DNA from: an uncultured delta proteobacterium
GTDB lineage: Bacteria; Desulfobacterota; Binatia; UBA9968
Reading direction: 5' to 3'
DNA: 64,000 nucleotides
NCBI GenBank assembly: GCA_963804165.1
Contig: CAWDPO010000023.1
Location: forward strand, 1 to 64,000
Both the position numbers and the translations under genes were made by a program. This document shows positions 61,369-64,000 of this stretch, one piece after another. Each line of letters starts with the position of its first letter. The stretch's first letter is position 1. Below the pieces are notes generated by a model that did no database searches, was not told the DNA's origin, and was given only the letters and a program-made list of their open reading frames with translations.

Positions 61369-61702
61369 GATGAGCTGGTGCGATGCTCTATCCGGCAGTC
61401 GGCTATCTTGTCGGGATTTTCCTGACAGTGATATGGGTCCACCAAAACTTACAACAATTTCGCAGCACTAGCGAGAGCCGATGGCCCAACCTGACATCGT
61501 AAAAATCACTGCTACGCCATCGGATTGCCATCGTATGTTACGCCGTGATGAAATCGAGTCAAACGTTCGCGGCGAGCCCAAGAAATCTTTGACAATGGGG
61601 TATCTTTCAGCCAAAAAAACTAGTAGATTTTTCTTGTAGTCGCAGGAGCATGACTTAGCGCAGAGCGCCGGTCAAACGGAAACTCCGAGACTTTTATCCA
61701 GC

Positions 61703-62620
61703 GTGACCATGAGTTTCGATCGGTTCCACCTCTCGATCATCATCCCGACGAAGAATCGCGTTCAAATACTTGCGGAGCTTCTGGATAGTATCCGCCGGCT
61801 GGAGGAGATCGACAAACTTCGGCCGGAAGTCATCGTGGCCGATAACGGCTCGCAAGACCACACCGTTGCCTATGTCAACGCATTGGCACGAGACTTTCCA
61901 AACTCGATCAAGGCGCTAAGAGTGCGGCGACCCGGAAAATCCGCGGCAATCAATGAAGCCGCCAAAATCGCCCGCGGCAGCGTGTTCGCGTTTCTGGACG
62001 ACGATGTGGTTGTGGACAGAGGGTGGCTCGTGACGGTTCAACGGTTTTTTCAAACCGGCGATTGCCCGGTCGGCCAGGGCTTGATCCGGCTTCAGTCTCC
62101 CGCCGTGAACGATCCGGAGATTCTCCGGCTGGTGGAACGATACCGCACGATTCCGAAGCTGGAGCATGATCCGATCACTAAAACCCTATCGACGTTGAAT
62201 GGCGCGAATTTTTTTGTCCGCCGGGATGTCTTCGAGCGCGTTGGAGGATTGGACGAGCGCCTGGGTCCGGGCGCGGCGGGCACATCGGAAGACGTCGACT
62301 TCGCGCGCCGATTGACTCGCGCCGGTATCACCATCGGTTACGCGCCCCGGGCGGTTGTCTATCATCGCATCGATCGTAACCGACTGACGGACGAATACTT
62401 CAAGAAAAGCCACTGGCGCCAGGGGAGAAGCCGCCTGCTGATTCGAAATCGCAGCGCCGCCTCGATCTTCTTTGACCTCATGCGTGTGCGCGCGCAGTAC
62501 GTCTGTTACACTCTGGCGGGGAAGGAGCGCGACCGCTATCGCAGCAAGGGCCGCATCTATCATTATCTCGGCATGATGGAAGCCAAGCGAAGCGGCTCGC
62601 ACCCTCGGAAAGTACGTTAG
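61703..62620 (+). CDS. Glycosyltransferase family 2
   Basis: LSIIIPTKNR, ADNGSQD, FLDDDVVV and GANF...GTSEDVDF. Confidence 0.88.
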   Translation: MTMSFDRFHLSIIIPTKNRVQILAELLDSIRRLEEIDKLRPEVIVADNGSQDHTVAYVNALARDFPNSIKALRVRRPGKSAAINEAAKIARGSVFAFLDDDVVVDRGWLVTVQRFFQTGDCPVGQGLIRLQSPAVNDPEILRLVERYRTIPKLEHDPITKTLSTLNGANFFVRRDVFERVGGLDERLGPGAAGTSEDVDFARRLTRAGITIGYAPRAVVYHRIDRNRLTDEYFKKSHWRQGRSRLLIRNRSAASIFFDLMRVRAQYVCYTLAGKERDRYRSKGRIYHYLGMMEAKRSGSHPRKVR

Positions 62621-62642
62621 CTCGCCAAACCTCCCACGTCAT

Positions 62643-64000
62643 TTACTTCAGTGAGGTCGTCGTATTCCCCAGCCCCAGCAAACTGAAATTGAAACTAAAG
62701 CTCGTCTTGGCGGGGTTGATGGCCTGACTCACTGCGAATGTCATCGTCCAACACTCACAAAAGGAAAGCAATTTAGTGATTGCCCGGAAACCGAGGAAAC
62801 GGGAATCCCTGGCGTCGTACGTGCTGCTAAAATTGACGAGCAAATGGTCGGTGAGATGATACAACAGATTGCCGTTGATATTGCCCACCGTATCCTTATC
62901 AAAGCCGGTGCCGGGGCAACGCGGGTCGAGCGGATGCAGGACGCAGTCCGCCAGCGCATCCAGATCGATATTGGCATCGTCGGCGAGAAAGCTATTCGGC
63001 CCACGGCGTAAAAACTGATAGCTCAAACCGAGGGAATTTGGCCGATTAAAATCCGGATCGGGCGTCCGGCGCAGAATCGGTCGTGGATCGGTAATGCCGA
63101 AAGTTAACCGCGCCTGGCTGACATTCCATTTACCGGGATCGATGCCGCCGTCGAAGCTCACGTCCAGATAGGGCACGGGAGTAATCCTGAAGTTGAGATC
63201 GAGATCGGTTAAACTGTCGCCGCCTTTGCGCTCTTTGTCGATGTCGTAACTCAACGCCAGTCGGAGCGAAGCCATTTGGCGAACGTCTCCGGTGACCCCT
63301 GAACTAAGCACTTCGACATTGCTATCAGGTGGCGGTGCTCTGAGGCCGCTGACACTTTTGCCCCAGAAGCGATTGGACACGGCAAATGTCAATACGTTTC
63401 GGCGATTGATGCGGTCGATCTCGTCCATGATCGGAATGCGGCTTTGATTGACGCCCGGCACGAACAAGTAGCTGACTTCCGGCTCGAGGACGTGTTTGAC
63501 GTGGGTCAAGCCCAAGCTATTAAAGCCGAATACCCGGCTCACCGCCGTGCCGACGTTGGCGCGCATTTCGACCAGCTCGCGGGACACATTGTGGTCCGAG
63601 GATTTGACTGGAGAATAAAGATGGTAGACGGTCTCACGCGGCGCCACGCTCGCAGAACCGAAAACGCGAGAACCCAGTGAAAACGGCAGGATGGCTTCCG
63701 GTCTCAAGTCGAATCGCAAGCCATCGCCGCCCTCTCGTCGAATATAATTGACGCCGTCCGCGCGCCAGCGAAATTCGAGCGGAAAACTTGACAGCAAACG
63801 CCGGCCCCATAACGTGACCTGCGGCGTGCGCTGCAGTGTGCCGCTGTCGGGCTGAATGAAATCCTGATAGAAGTTCCATTCGCCCTTGAGGAATGTATCT
63901 CCCCAATTCCTGAACACGCCGAAGCGCGATGAGCCAAAGCGGCTGCGGATGATAGCCGATTCCTTCGTACCAGGCAAATCGAAGCGCTCGATCAACTCAC
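62643..64000 (-). CDS. lptD: LPS-assembly outer-membrane protein LptD, C-terminal part; runs off the window edge
   Basis: Amphipathic beta strands; KHVLEPEVSYLFVP..NQSRIPIMDEIDRI, CECW and FSFNFSLLGLG, typical of deltaproteobacterial LptD. Confidence 0.8.
   Translation of the reverse strand, partial: ELIERFDLPGTKESAIIRSRFGSSRFGVFRNWGDTFLKGEWNFYQDFIQPDSGTLQRTPQVTLWGRRLLSSFPLEFRWRADGVNYIRREGGDGLRFDLRPEAILPFSLGSRVFGSASVAPRETVYHLYSPVKSSDHNVSRELVEMRANVGTAVSRVFGFNSLGLTHVKHVLEPEVSYLFVPGVNQSRIPIMDEIDRINRRNVLTFAVSNRFWGKSVSGLRAPPPDSNVEVLSSGVTGDVRQMASLRLALSYDIDKERKGGDSLTDLDLNFRITPVPYLDVSFDGGIDPGKWNVSQARLTFGITDPRPILRRTPDPDFNRPNSLGLSYQFLRRGPNSFLADDANIDLDALADCVLHPLDPRCPGTGFDKDTVGNINGNLLYHLTDHLLVNFSSTYDARDSRFLGFRAITKLLSFCECWTMTFAVSQAINPAKTSFSFNFSLLGLGNTTTSLK

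Overview
A bacterial cell-envelope region, almost all on the minus strand. It may come from a Deltaproteobacteria-like lineage (weak inference), and it carries many indels, as in long-read assemblies. It runs from lptD (partial) and gmhB through an ABC-transporter (wzm/wzt) surface-glycan locus with many GT2/GT4 glycosyltransferases, methyltransferase-coiled-coil proteins, a sulfotransferase, nucleotide-sugar enzymes and two GT-C/YfhO-like membrane proteins. Two arrays of secreted proteins (10.3-16.1 kb and 45.5-58.2 kb) are interleaved with this locus. Their N-terminal cargo domains are unrelated: CSLREA/choice-of-anchor Q, PQQ sugar dehydrogenase, Zn peptidase, FN3, P-domain and beta-propeller. 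They share a C-terminal module of six ~45-aa FG-GAP-like repeats plus a near-invariant tail, PVLPQVTILRA(M/L)GLL-stop, seen 9 times. This is the best candidate for an undescribed surface-anchoring or sorting system, possibly tied to the neighbouring glycan. The window also holds a decayed phage replication module, IS256/IS3/IS110 relics, an IR-flanked mini-RAYT, a split dispersed repeat marking a GT4-methyltransferase fusion, and a gmd pseudogene. No rRNA, tRNA or CRISPR array was seen.
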